Assembly: GCA_973851085.1 (NCBI GenBank) | Contig: OZ316775.1 | Location: 7,626,001 to 7,690,000, forward strand | Direction: 5' to 3' | Length of the DNA: 64,000 nt | DNA from: Ptychomitrium polyphyllum | Lineage: Eukaryota | Shown: positions 38,588-52,000 of the stretch, piece by piece | Layout: each line of letters begins with the position of its first letter | Numbering within the stretch: position 1 is the first letter of the stretch | Position numbers and translations under genes: made by a program | The notes under the pieces: generated by a model | Told to the model about the DNA's origin: nothing | The model's database searches: none | What the model saw: only the letters and a program-made list of their open reading frames with translations

Positions 38588-40834
38588 TTTAGTATGTAAT
38601 TGTGCACATAGGATGGAATATGATTGTAATAGGATGTTGAGGATGTATTTGAGGAAAATGTAAGAAACCGTTTTGGATACATGTTGGTGTTATAGTTGTG
38701 ACTTCATAGTAACAGGTATAAAATACACCTTGTTAGTTCTTTTATGCGATGCCATACAATATGAAAAAGGTTGGATACAGATCCAAAGTTTCTTTTTATA
38801 CCTCCCTATACAAAAAGAAATAAAGATTTTGGTGGAAATTATTTTTTGGAATATGAAGGTTTTGTTTTTCCAAGCGTATTCTTTTGTTAAACTGAATATG
38901 GATTCTTGAAACATATTTGGCATAAGAAAATGAATTTTATAAGAATAATGGACCAATACTGTTCATTTTATTTTGAATATATATATTTGATAACAATATG
39001 GATGATTAATTGATTTAATGATTTATTTAATGATTTATTTAATAAATATTATATGATTTTTGAAAGTTAGGGAGAAATGTATGTTTTGTAGAATATAAAA
39101 AGGTAGATTGTTGTATGTGTTATTTAGATTTTGTTGATTTATTTTTTAATCATTAAGATGTTATTAATGATAAATGATATATATTTAAGGTTTATTGAAG
39201 ATTTATATATTTTTAGAGGATTTTTACTCTTTTGGAATATGTATTTTTTAATTGAATCTTTATATTTCTCTTGCTACTATTTGCTTATATTGCCCTTATA
39301 TCGCACTCATGGTTCAATCTTAATCTTTTCATTAGTAACTTTTATTCTTACATCATCATCTTTTGCAATATTTCTTTTTGGTCATTGCCTTTATTTATTA
39401 CATCATCTCTATGCATGACATTGTTTCTTCTTATCATCATTTTACTCTTGTTCCAACTATCAACCTAACCTTCAACTACCACTTTGATATGTGCATTACC
39501 TATTATGCCAGCTTCTCTTGCATTTAAGTCCCCTTTCTCTTTTGTGTCATTTTCTCTATTGTCAAGAGGAATATTCACAAGTCTATTTACACTTCTAGTT
39601 TCATTATTTTTTAATCTTGACATTCCATTTTTCTATCTTTAGTATCACCTCCTTCTAATTTTTGAATTTTTTTTAAAAAATCTTATTTTTTCACTCTTGT
39701 ATTTAAAAATCCAAGTATTATTATATATTGATGGACTGTCTCCTAATTCCATGCATTTCTTTTATACATCTGCCCTATTATGTTTTTTTTTAATTTAAAT
39801 TTGAAATAAAATTTTTAACTTTTTTTATTTTTAAATTGATTGTATTTGATTGATTTGATTGATTTTATAGTAGAAGTGCATAAGCATGGGCTTCTTCCAT
39901 CATTTTTACTTTTAATGAGCATTGTCTGTCATGAATTCTTGCCTTAAGGTAAATGTTATCTTTTTCTACTTTAATTGTTACAATGCTAGCTTTGTCCTCA
40001 TTTATAATTGCAATTTTTTTTTTGATAAGGTCAATCTTTTACAAAAAAACTTTTTTGAGCTTTCTGTTTCATTTATTCACTTCTTACTCAGTAATTACCA
40101 TGATATTTTTTTTAATAATAATTCAAGATTTCAATGAGCTTTATATGGCTTTCAATATATTATCAACATTGTCTTATTGTTTCAACAATTAAAATATTTA
40201 TTGGCTTTTTTTAATGGCAAATATTTATCTTTTAGGCTTCTTAAGTACTATGTAAATATAACATAGTTTACTAAATAAAGATATAAACTTGACAAGATGG
40301 CATTTATAAGCAAAGAAGTTTAGGCATTGTACATAAACATTGTGGTAGTAAATGTTTCTTATGGTTGCTTCTTCCATCAAATCCTTAAGTGCATACAAGC
40401 TTAATCATATCTTTAATTTGTATAAAAAGAATTTAATCAACAACAAGCTTTAAGTCTTATCTTTTTTTTTTTGGCCCTTTGCTATGTTGTCTTTTAAATG
40501 TGATTCTTTAATATTCCAAGAGCTCTCATGATTTTATATTGTATATATTTAATGTTACTTGACTTTTTTGTTTGTAGATGTTGATGTTGACTTATCCTAT
40601 GCCATTTAAAGATTAAATAGCAAGTATTTGCACATTTATTTTGTCATTTTAATTGGGCAGTTAAATTAATGTTAATATGGTGTTATTTTAGTTTATATAT
40701 TAGTTGTATTGATTAATAAGATTAATAAAATGAATTAGGTGAAAGAGGATGAATAATTAAAGTAAAAACAAATAATTTGTATGGTGTTGAATTTTCAAGC
40801 AGTTAAAAAAAAATGAGGATTTATTGAGTGGAAA

Positions 40835-41180
40835 GTAGAGTGCTACAATGTTTGAGTTGGTATTGGAGTAAAGTGTAGTAGTATGGAATTTGTGTTGGTA
40901 AACATTTAGAAGAAATTTGAAAGTGTAAGGGTGTCTTTTAAAAATTAGGATCTTAGAATGTATTTGGAAAGTGTTGAGATGTTTTATGTGCATAATTTTG
41001 TAACATCCATTATAAATATTAAGTTGGAAATTTTTTAATTACTTGATTTGGATCATTGTGAGTCATTAAAGAATATTTTTGGTATAAGATTTGAAAATTG
41101 TACTTTAATGAGGTTTGATACTAGAATACAAGTTTTAAAAGCTTGATGTTTGCTAAGATAGGAGTTTTAAAGTTTTGAAT
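40835..41180. repeat. Decayed dispersed repeat (partner about 18400-18750)
   Basis: Same collinear blocks as 18400-18750, in the same orientation. Confidence 0.75.
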
Positions 41181-41436
41181 TAAAAGAATTATAATTAATC
41201 ATGATTAAACCATTTAATTATAATAGACTCTTCACTTAGGAAAAAAAAGTATGAGCAAGAAAAAAAAGTTTTAATCTACCAAAAAATATATATATACTTT
41301 CCAAGCAAAGCACATGCATCTTAACTCTATTATTACTTATGCAAAGTTATTTTTAATATTCTATTGTGTAAAAGAAGGTTATTGTTAGATTTGGATTGCT
41401 AAATTATAAAGAAATGTTTTGTTTCTATTGAGTTAT

Positions 41437-41774
41437 TGTCACAAAAATATATCATAAAATGTAATTTTTTAATAAATTCTAATACTTTTTGGTAGCTTTT
41501 ATAATCTTTTATGTCCTTAGAAAACTTCTTAAGAAGGTTCCATAAACCTCTATAACGTTCTATAGCTCCACAAGAAACTTTTTAGAAGTATCTTAAAAAA
41601 GCATAGGCTTTGTGGTTTAAATTGGAGACAAGATGAGGTACACCTCATTTTTACCAATATAACTCAAAGAGCACATTTTTATTCTTACACTAATTCTTAT
41701 CAATCATTAACCTTGTCAAGACTATTTTTTGAAATAATTTCTTATCTAATTCCTTATTTCTTGTGTTTCTAATA
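41437..41774 (+). mobile_element. Solo LTR, copy 4
   Basis: Starts TGTCAC and ends tgtgtttctaata, with a perfect TSD GTTAT (41432-41436 and 41775-41779). Shares aaacttctt.agaaggttccata and tagaagtatc with copy 2. Confidence 0.85.
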
Positions 41775-42948
41775 GTTATAGCTTCAAAATTTAAATACCA
41801 TTGTGGTTTGATCATAATTAGTGAAAACCCTATTTTTAATGAGGGCTTTGTGAAAAAATATGAGAAACAAAATCTAATGGTCTAGGATTTTTCAAATATC
41901 CAGATTTAATACTAAATAATTCCAGAAATTAGAAGACTTCCATTGTTGCTAGTGAAGCCAAGTTGAAGTTGTTGTCCCTCTGTCTAGGTTGATGTCCTTG
42001 ATGGGCTTGCTTATTTTGTCAAGCTTGTGCTTGGCGCAAGGAAATGGACATATCTATTCCACCTTAGATAAGTTGTCTTCAGCGGGATCAAGTCAAGATA
42101 CATTACAGTGGATCACCAAGACAAGTGTTTCCAAGCTTCTCTATGGCTAAGTTGCAGTTGTGAAGTTGAGTTTGTTGCACTGACTATGTTCAGAAGCTAT
42201 ATTTGAAGTTGCTCCACTGGTGGTACAGTGCTGGCAAGGTGGATAGTTCCCTTTATGTGGTTCCAAGGGCAAATCTTGGTACTACTTTACTTCCAATTTT
42301 TTGTTCATGTGCACACTACAATTACTACTAGCATATGGCAAAGTAATGTAGGTATTACAGGCCAGTACAAACAAAGTGTTGTGATTTAAGTAGAGAAAAG
42401 TGGTACAAATAAAGTAGAAATAAGTCTTCACATCAATTTATTAAGTTTACATATCATATTTAATTTAAGTTACTCTTAATGTTAGATTTATTCATAAGAA
42501 TACATTATGGAGTCCATTCCTTACACGCTCACGTCCTAAGCCTTGATTTAATTACAAAACCTTTGCTTTTCCATCACAAATTTGCACCTTAACCTACTCT
42601 TATTTCCTAGCTTAATTCTATCTTTAGGCAATGTTTACAATACCATCCATCAATCATCATTAGCAATGAGTTCAAACAAATTAAAATCCTTAAAACCGCT
42701 TGCAACTTAAGCCAAGGACTAAGGACCTAGTTTGCAATTCTTAATTCTTAAGTCTTAATTTGTTATTAATAAGAATCCATAATTAATTTCCAAAGACTTT
42801 TCATTTAATGCCAGAGGTTGATTTCTATAAAATCTATTTTAATAAACTAATGCTATTATAATATCATTTGATACAACCTCAAATCCAATTATTGGATTTT
42901 CCAAGAATGAAAAGCCAACATCATTTTTTGAATTCATATCAAGACCTT

Positions 42949-43068
42949 TTCTTCATAACCTTGCAGTTTTTTTTTTTTGAAATTGGTACAAGGTTTGTTT
43001 GGCTTTTCATTCTTCATAACCTTGTAGCTATAGTTTTTTGAAATTGGTATGAGATTTGTTTCGCTTTT
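42949..43068. repeat. 61-bp tandem duplication (2 diverged copies)
   Basis: ttcttcataaccttg.ag...ttttttgaaattggta...tttgttt.gctttt starts at 42949 and again at 43010. Confidence 0.85.
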
Positions 43069-46000
43069 GGTTGAAGTAAAAGGCGACCACTCCATAATAA
43101 TCTTCAAAAGTAAGTCATAGTCTGCTAACACAAACTGCTATATAAAACACAAAGTTGTGTTTTATTCAAATGCATTACATTTTGAAAAGATTTGCATACA
43201 TGTAATAAAAAAATAATTGTGTTTTGGAAAAAAATGCATCTCTTCATTGCCTATTATAAATTTTATTAAGAATAACATATATTTTATATATAATGGGCTT
43301 TAAAGATGTAGGAGGCAGGGAAAACAAACATTTAAAGGTTCTTATAAGAGTGTCTAATGTATAAAGGTCAAATTCCATGAATACTGTCCATTTTCAAATT
43401 TGCTCCTCAAATGTTTTGGAAACTTTATATGCAAATTTACAAAACTAAAGGCAAATTTACAAAACTAACAACCATTTCAAAAGCTTTCAATATGATAATA
43501 TGCAAAAAAACATAATGATGAAAAGTATATGTTTAAAGAAGAATTTATAATGTTGATTTTTAATTAAGGTATGACTCTATGATTATAAGGTGTACTTTTG
43601 AAATCAAGAAGTAAAAAATTTATTATAAAAAAAACTCTCACTAGATGTCTTTATTCAAAATGCCGCACATCAAAAACACTTTATAATTTCAACATTTGGA
43701 TGAAAGTTTGCCTTGATTAAAATAAAAAGTCAAATTATTTTTTGAAAAGTTAAAATAATTTATTGCATTAGAAAAAAATATTTATGAGATATTAAGGCTT
43801 ATCTTCATATAGATGGCCATTCATCATACTAATGACAAATAATTCATTGTTTTGAAGCAAGCTATTCAATTTTATATAAATGATACATTAAATTTTTTTT
43901 TATTATTGAAGATGACATTTGTTAAATGCCATCACAATATATTAGCCTTTTAAATACATGATATTTGGAATAAAATATCCCATCATTGTATTTTGATGAT
44001 TTTTCAAGGAATTATTCAGATTTAGTGTTTGCTTTTAAGAATGGTTTGTCAAATAAAATACAAGAAATGGTTACATTAAATATAAAATTATTATAAAATG
44101 GGCTAAAAGTGATTATATTGAGCATTTCCTACTTAAATTATTTAGCATAAAATTAGTAATAGTACACATATTTAAATCACTAACATCAAATATGATTAAT
44201 TGATTTATTTTATTTTAAAAAACTATAATATTATATTGGTTCTTATATAATATTAAAAAATTCATATATTTTTTGTTTAGGAATGGTTTTACATGTTAGA
44301 ATGTCACTTCTTTATATTTAAACTTCAACCTTCAAGGTACTTTAAACTTTATGTGACATCCAACCATTAAATAGGTAATAAAAATAATTCATTATATAAT
44401 GTATTATGGAATTTAATGGATTATTTTAGCTAAATTTAGTTTAGATCATGAATACAATTTCCAATATGTTTACACTAAACTAATAAAATGAAACTCATAA
44501 ATTTTTGTCAATAATCCATTTCTTACTTATGAAAAAATTTCAAAAATGAATTTTTTTTGCAAACAGTTGGATTTCTATATTATAGATGAGTATTCTTTCA
44601 ATATCAATAAAACATGATCTTTTCATTCACCATGATATTTTTCATTGTAACTTGTACTTATGCTAAAAAATTTGGATTTCTTTGGCATATTTGTAGTTAG
44701 TTCAAATTTTCATTTCAAATTTAAAAAAATTTAGTGATTTAAAATCTTCACCAAAAAGGATGAAATGTTTCCAATTTAAAGTAGACATGTACATTTGTTG
44801 AATCAATGCATGAATGGATTTTTGTTTAAACTAAAGCAATAAAATTTAATATATAATATATAATCAAATTCCATAATGATACGTAACATTCTTCATATAT
44901 TGAAACAAGCTGTTTTTATTAAAACTGGAAAATTAACAATAAATGATAGGATTTGCATGCATGCATGAATGAAGGTAAAAGTTTAGTTGAACAATTTGGT
45001 GTACAGATCCCTTAGTTTTGGACAATGGAACAATATCCTTGAAATGATGGAATAATTCTTTTTAGTAAGAAAGTATACATATGGCTCACTAACGATTGTT
45101 ATGTAGGTAAGGCATTACCTACATTAGAAATTAGGGATTTTCAAATTTTATGAAGTGGGAACTTGCTTATTTGTTTATACATTCAGTTATTAATTAATTT
45201 ACTTATTGATTGATCTAAAGCACATCTCATATTTTAAGGTACACAGAAGAAAACTCTGGGCACAACAGATAAGCCCAACATATAATGCTATAAAAGATAT
45301 GCAAACAAGATCTCAAGGCAAGTCCAGGACATCAACCAGATCCATGGGGAGGTACTGTCTGGAATTTCCTATTCGGAATAGATTTTCCAGCCCTTTTATT
45401 CGCAGGGCCCATCATTGTCCCTTCGTTCTGAGTCACCACTCTAACTTAAGTTACTGGACCCATTTTAAAATACAACTTTGTCAGGTACCTCATCTCCCGG
45501 AAATTATGCATCATTTTATAAGTCGTGGTATCCAGTTTCCACTCCAAGTCAGAAATTTACTTTCATTAAACTTACTAGGCTTAGCAGGTGTTTCGAAATT
45601 AGAAAGCTTCGAATGTTGTCCTATTAGATTCGTGGACATACCTTGAGTTGTGTGAAACTCAACTCTGGACCCTGGTGTATACAAATTTTTTAATTGAAGT
45701 TTTATTTCATCATTATTGAATTTTCTGTTTTATTTTTGTTGTTACGATTCCTTAAATAGTAGATGACACAATACAACTCAATACCTCAGTGAGTTTTAAT
45801 TCACAGTGTGGTTTAGAATGCAAATGATTTACAGTTGCTTTTCAAACAGTGATTCTTGGATTAAGGGGTATATTCCATCTCACAAATACAATCATGTCAA
45901 CGTAAGCTATTATAATTTTGAATTGTATGTAAAACGTCAATATTGTAGTAGATGGAACTGAAGGTTTGAAACACTTGCATTCAAGGGGCCTTACCCTGAA

Positions 46001-49000
46001 TGATGTATTATAGAACAAACATGACAGTTATAGTGTGATTTTAATTTACGTTAAACAGCCAACTTTTTCATATTACTCATGATGCTACTTAGGTAATATG
46101 TAAAGTAATTTGGCCATGCATCTTGATTTTTATTTGGCTATGATTTTATAATTCAAAATTAATTTCCCTTTTAGTTAATATGGTAGCTACGTTTTTTTCT
46201 ACTAGTCATATAGCTCACATTCCTTCTTAAGGAGTACATCTTGCAAAAGATTGAAAAGAATTATGCACTTATTGTCTTCCATGACTTTCTATATTTGCTA
46301 TAGTATACCCTTATTATCATTCATTATTAATTTGGCACTTTCCAAGGTGACCATGAGTTCCTTCAATTGTTGAAGAATATAATGTTGTTAGTATAAGTAA
46401 GATTTTCTTAAGATTTAATTTATAATTTTAAAGTTTAGAATTACACCTTTGCAATGTATAAATTTTATTCAATTAATTCTAAACTGAAAATAGAAATAAT
46501 TTTGGAATCCTAAAATTATTATATTACATGTATACAAAGTATTGAAATATATGAAATATTTAAAAATAAAAATAACTATAAATGACATGATTATACTACA
46601 ATATGTTTATTATAAATAGGGCTCTGTAATTTTATAATTTTGGTGCTTTTAAAAAAGTTTAAATTTTCTGAATTTATGTTGTATGATACTTTAATTGGAA
46701 ACATATTGTCTGAGGCATAATTTTAGTAAAACTGCCTAATTACTTATTAGTATTTTCCATTAAATTCAATTGTATTTGCACTTGTACAAATATTCCTGAG
46801 TTTCAATGCATCTGAAATTGTTGTTTTAAAAATTTTAACTATCATGCGTTGGTAAGAAAAAACTATGGATGGAACCTAAAAAACCAAATAACAACCATTT
46901 GTAATCTTTGTCCAATGTGGCATACAAGAACACAAATTAATTTTTTTGGTAATATATATGAACGTTTTTACATATTAATTGTAAAAATCAATAAGTCTAC
47001 ATTATAATCAATATCCTTCTACATTTTTGCATTATCAAATCTCATACATATTTGTATTCATAAACAAGTTGTGCCACTATAAAATAATAGATAGTTAAAT
47101 GAATCTATCTTTCTTTAAATTACAATGGATTTAATATATATTGATACATAGTAATGAATACATTAACCAATCATTGCTCTACACACCCTCTAATGCTATA
47201 CATTATAAATACATAGCATAATATGGGTAATAGATGTAATGGTATGCATCTTTGATCAATCATTCCCCATGTAATATATTTCTTAATCTTTTAACATTTA
47301 ATACAAAAAATATGAAATCATGTTACACCATAAAGTAAAGAAGTGTGCATAACTCATCGATGTCAACAAAAGAAGCAAAAGAACATAGAATTATGTCTTT
47401 TTGCACTAATGAGGAGCCTTTCTATTGTCAATAGGCCTTGAACTTTGTATAAAGTCAAAGCCAACGAAGCTCCCCCAGGAAAGAACCCAAACCTACCCAA
47501 CTCCTCCTCGAAACCAAGTCTGCCCAACTGCTTGTGTCAGAGCTACTGTGATTCATGGAACTGTATTGGCGAATAGCTCAAATATTTGACAGTTTTCGCA
47601 AGATAAAAAACCCATCGGGCCCTTCCAAGAGAACGAACTGAGCCACCGTTGAATGTTGGGTGCCCAACTCACGGCAAGGAAGGGAGGGAAGCTAGAAATA
47701 GGAGCTGGAAGTGTCTGGGAATGCTAAAGATAGATGCTATAATTGCAAAGGCAACTGGGTGCTGTGTGGACAGTCATGGCTGACAGAATGTCCGAGACTC
47801 TGCTATGGCCCCCAACTCAAAATCCGCTACAAAAGGGGCCGAAAACACCGCAAGCCTCCATTTCCATTTTATTATTGTAGGCTTGCTGCCACCAAGTTGC
47901 TGGACCGGCCCAGTTTACCGTTCACTCTTTCTACATCTAGAGCTCCTACCTACTGCTAACGACGCCTAGGGATCGACATCCGGTGTATTTTATAGTATGC
48001 CATACAACATACCGTGCAACTTCTCGGAAGTAGCTTTAGAAACTTGTGCTATTAACCCCTTACATCCCCGTCCAGTCTTGTTCACATGAAAGTGCCCATG
48101 CACCTATGCACCATAGTAGGATCCCAAACAACTTTTTCAACTTTTTAACCAAACTATGGAAATAAAACTATGAAAAGAATTGCACTCTCTGTAGATTTGT
48201 GGATTTGTGGAATTTGCTAGGAGATTCTTTTATAATTGATAGCTTTATCAAAAATCATATAGTTATTTCAAGCTAGTAGTTTTGAGATGTTCTACTTCAT
48301 CATCGCCCATGCAATAGTGGCATCAAAATAATTTTTTTGCAAACTCAATTCATTACTCACCCAAAAAAACTCTGATGCCCAAAAGAAACCAATTTAAATC
48401 ATGTATTTTCTTATTATATTCTTGAATCTTTGTCTCCTACTCTATGGTGAACACATGTTTTCATTTAAAGATTTTTGACTCTTAATTTGTTAAGAATGTG
48501 TTTTTTCCTATAGATTCCAAATGAATTGGTCAAAGTTGGATTGAACCTATTCTATATTGGAATATGTACTTTAATTATAAACAAAATTAGAGTAAAATAG
48601 GATGTGAAAATCATATTTAATACACCAAACAAAAAGGTAGTTTGATTTACAAATATCAAAGTCCAAATGACTTACAATGTACATCCTTTAGATCCTAAAG
48701 TCCTAGACTTATGGACAAGAAGTCAAATCACAATTTTTTTTTTTGTGGATGCTTCTTATTACACTACAAACCAATAATAATATTTATTGTTTAATTATTT
48801 ATCTTAAATAAATATGTATGTTAATTTTATGTCTTGATTTCAACATACTAATTTGTGAAGTTTTGAAATGATTATGATTTCTAAAACACATTATAAAATC
48901 ATTTTAAAAGGGAGGAGAAACTAGACTTTACAAAAATAAAATTTCTAACTAGGTTCAAATTTAAAAAGGATTTTTTACATGGCTAAAACTGAATTTCTAA

Positions 49001-52000
49001 ATTAAAATGCCTAAATTGTCAAAATGCACCACAAGTTTCACATGTAAGGTCTCCTACAAAGTTAAAAATAATCCAATACACTTAAAATTTTAACAACAGG
49101 TTTAGGTGTTGATACTCCACGTATACATAATTTTTCTTTCCTTGTATGTAACTTCATATATACGCATTGGCTGTGTTTTGACTCCTAATCAACCACAACA
49201 TTGGTTGCTTGGAACGAATTGGGGTTGAAGGTTAATATTCCACATACTTCTTTACCTCCTTCTCTGGAGCAGGCCATGTTTATTAACCTGTACAGTAATA
49301 GAGCCAGTTCCTGATGCCTCTATCATTGAGTCTCATTTTCATTTGAAGCACATTCTTATAATTCCTTAGGTACCATATACAGTCTACATATTTCTTACTG
49401 ACTAGATTTTGGTAGGCCACAGAAAGGGGAGCCTATATCACCTAGGCAGTCCTACTTTAGCTTATTCCTTGGATGTTCTGCAGTAGCTTGTGACACTTGC
49501 ACTGCATGCTCTCAACATTCAGCAATTAAAATTAATGATGTCTTATCACTTACAGCATCCAGAGAGCATAATGTTTTTACAATCATCATCTACTTTCAGA
49601 CAGGCACGGAGGTGATTTCAAAAGCAAACGTGTTGAAGCAGAAAATGTGGAAATCCAACATTTTCTTGTACAGGATAAGTTGAAATGTCAAATGTTGGTC
49701 AATCAAGTATGGCAAAGATACATAATTTATACAGTTTTGATGAATTTTTTGCACAAATGCTGGTGATTGAAAGTATGTTTAAATCAAAGCAGATGATGCT
49801 TTTCAGACATCTCCCAGTTTATAGGTACTTGGGCCATGCACTACTACAGGCCCACCTTCTTTTACGGCTCCCTAGGTGTTTACCAGGTCACATATTCTCT
49901 TTGTCAAGATGGCTTCCTGGTAACTTTGGTAGGCTTTGTTGGTCCCATGTTGCAAATACAAATGCATTCCAAAATCCTAACTGCTGCTGGACTCAAACTT
50001 TATTTAAAGACTTAGTCTGCACTGACTCAGTCCTATGTAGCTTGTTATGTACACATGAATTTTCAAATGAAACAGATGAATGGCCCATTTCTCACAAGTA
50101 TACCTTAGTTTGAGTTTCACAGCCTCAAATTTTACACTTTAAATATGAATAATGTTATCCAGCGACTTGAGTGTGGTAAACTGTAATGCACTCAAACATT
50201 ACTAATTTAGAGGCATGATGAGAGACCAACTGCTGAAACTGCAGGAATTAAACCCCTGTGGTTCAACTCATGTGGAATGATGATGCCAAGACAGCTGACA
50301 TTAGAAAATCATGCCTTGCCTATTCCAACACTAACCTGTGGTTATAATGGTCATGGGACAAGGAACAACATCATGCACTCTATCAGAAAGCAAGTCATAA
50401 GGAAGTTATTGATATGGCACACTCTTGTCTTTTTATCTTTGAAGCCTCCAACAAATTAAAAACATAATGTCAGACGGATCATGGGTTCATCAGCATTTGG
50501 AGCTTCATCAAGGAGTTACAATGACAGTTTTCCTGTTCCGCTGTATTTGATAGCACCTACAGCAAGAAGGGCTCCAGGTCTCAGGTAGGAAGAACCCCAA
50601 CACACAGGTGTGAATAGCAGATTTGTTTCTACAAGGCCTTGTACCTATTAATGGTGTAGAATTGGAATTCCTGAGTTATGTATCCTACAAAGTAAATTCA
50701 TATGGCATGATTATTCATAAAAAATGTTTAGAAGGGTCTAATTGCAATATAAAAAATGAACACATTTAAGAATTGCAGTAACTCTAATATATTACTAATG
50801 GATTTTCAATAAAATTTATAAACTCCACCGATTTTAAAGTTGATTGGACTCAGATTTCATAGACCTTTAGGATTTATTACCTTTTGTATCACGTGGAAAA
50901 AACACAATTCACCTCATCTTGTTTTTTTAGCTTAAGCTTTAAATTATGCCAAGCTTTGAACTTCTTAGTTTTTGCTATTGTGATTGGTTGGAAATATTTC
51001 CATATGACTTATGATTCTAAGATAAAAATGCCTTTAAAATTGTAGCATGGTAGTATTAAATAATATTCAGAAGCATTAAGATACAAACAATTTACATCAA
51101 TCATGCTTCCAAAACTAAGTTATTTAATCAATACTAAAGTTTAATTGTAAACCTGATAGTAATTTCATTTGAAGTGCCCTTAAGCACCTCTTACATTGCA
51201 CATTATAGTTGTTAATACTAAAACAAACTCATGGTTTGAATTTGGTATTCAAATTGCCGAGATTAAAAGGTTTATTTTAGTGAAACTATGTCTAATTTCT
51301 AACTTTCAAAATTGTATGAGAAATGAATGAGCTTTAGATTGATGTAAGTTATGCACATGTGATGAAAAAAGAACTTGAAGTTGACACTTCATCCTAAGCC
51401 AAGGAAAATTATCATTGTAGAAAAGTGAAGGAGGATTACTTTCCTATGACATAGCTTTGCAAAGCATACTTCTTGTTAAACACAATGTAGCAGTGCTCAA
51501 ATTGCAAAACTGGTTGATTTGTATAATCAGTTTGTGATTCCAATTAGGTTTGGCAAATTTGAAGGTGACCCTTCCATCAAGGCACAAGTAGACCCCTAAG
51601 TGCATTACAATACAAACAATTGTAGGAATGTCTTATGATTTTATATCAATTACTATTAATCTTAATATAAATTGTTACATTGAAATATTACTCTACATGG
51701 ATGAATCATAATTATAACAAACTTGTGTTTATAAAATGCACACGCTTAAGTACTTAGATTTGGATGCATGCCTATTTGTTTATAAGGCATAGATTAAATT
51801 TTACTTTGAAAATTATGTATATTTAATTGTTACAAATGAGCAAGTTTTTCTTCCATAAGTACAATATCTATATATATTTATACATACAATGGCTATATCT
51901 ACCTACAAAGTTAAAACATGTCATTTTTTTAATGAGCCATGGCTCCTCAAGTCCTTTATATAAGTCTAAAGTAGTTTTAGAACACTTTTTACGACCCCTA

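Noticed and set aside
38673..40993. F/L/I-rich 65-95 aa ORFs in AT-rich DNA
   Set aside because: Compositional artefacts of decayed repeats, with no identifiable gag, pol or transposase motifs.
45359..45390. Small imperfect palindrome ctggaa..ctattc-g-gaatag..ttccag (similar ones at 8607-8659 and 21671-21765)
   Set aside because: Too short to distinguish from chance or TE debris.
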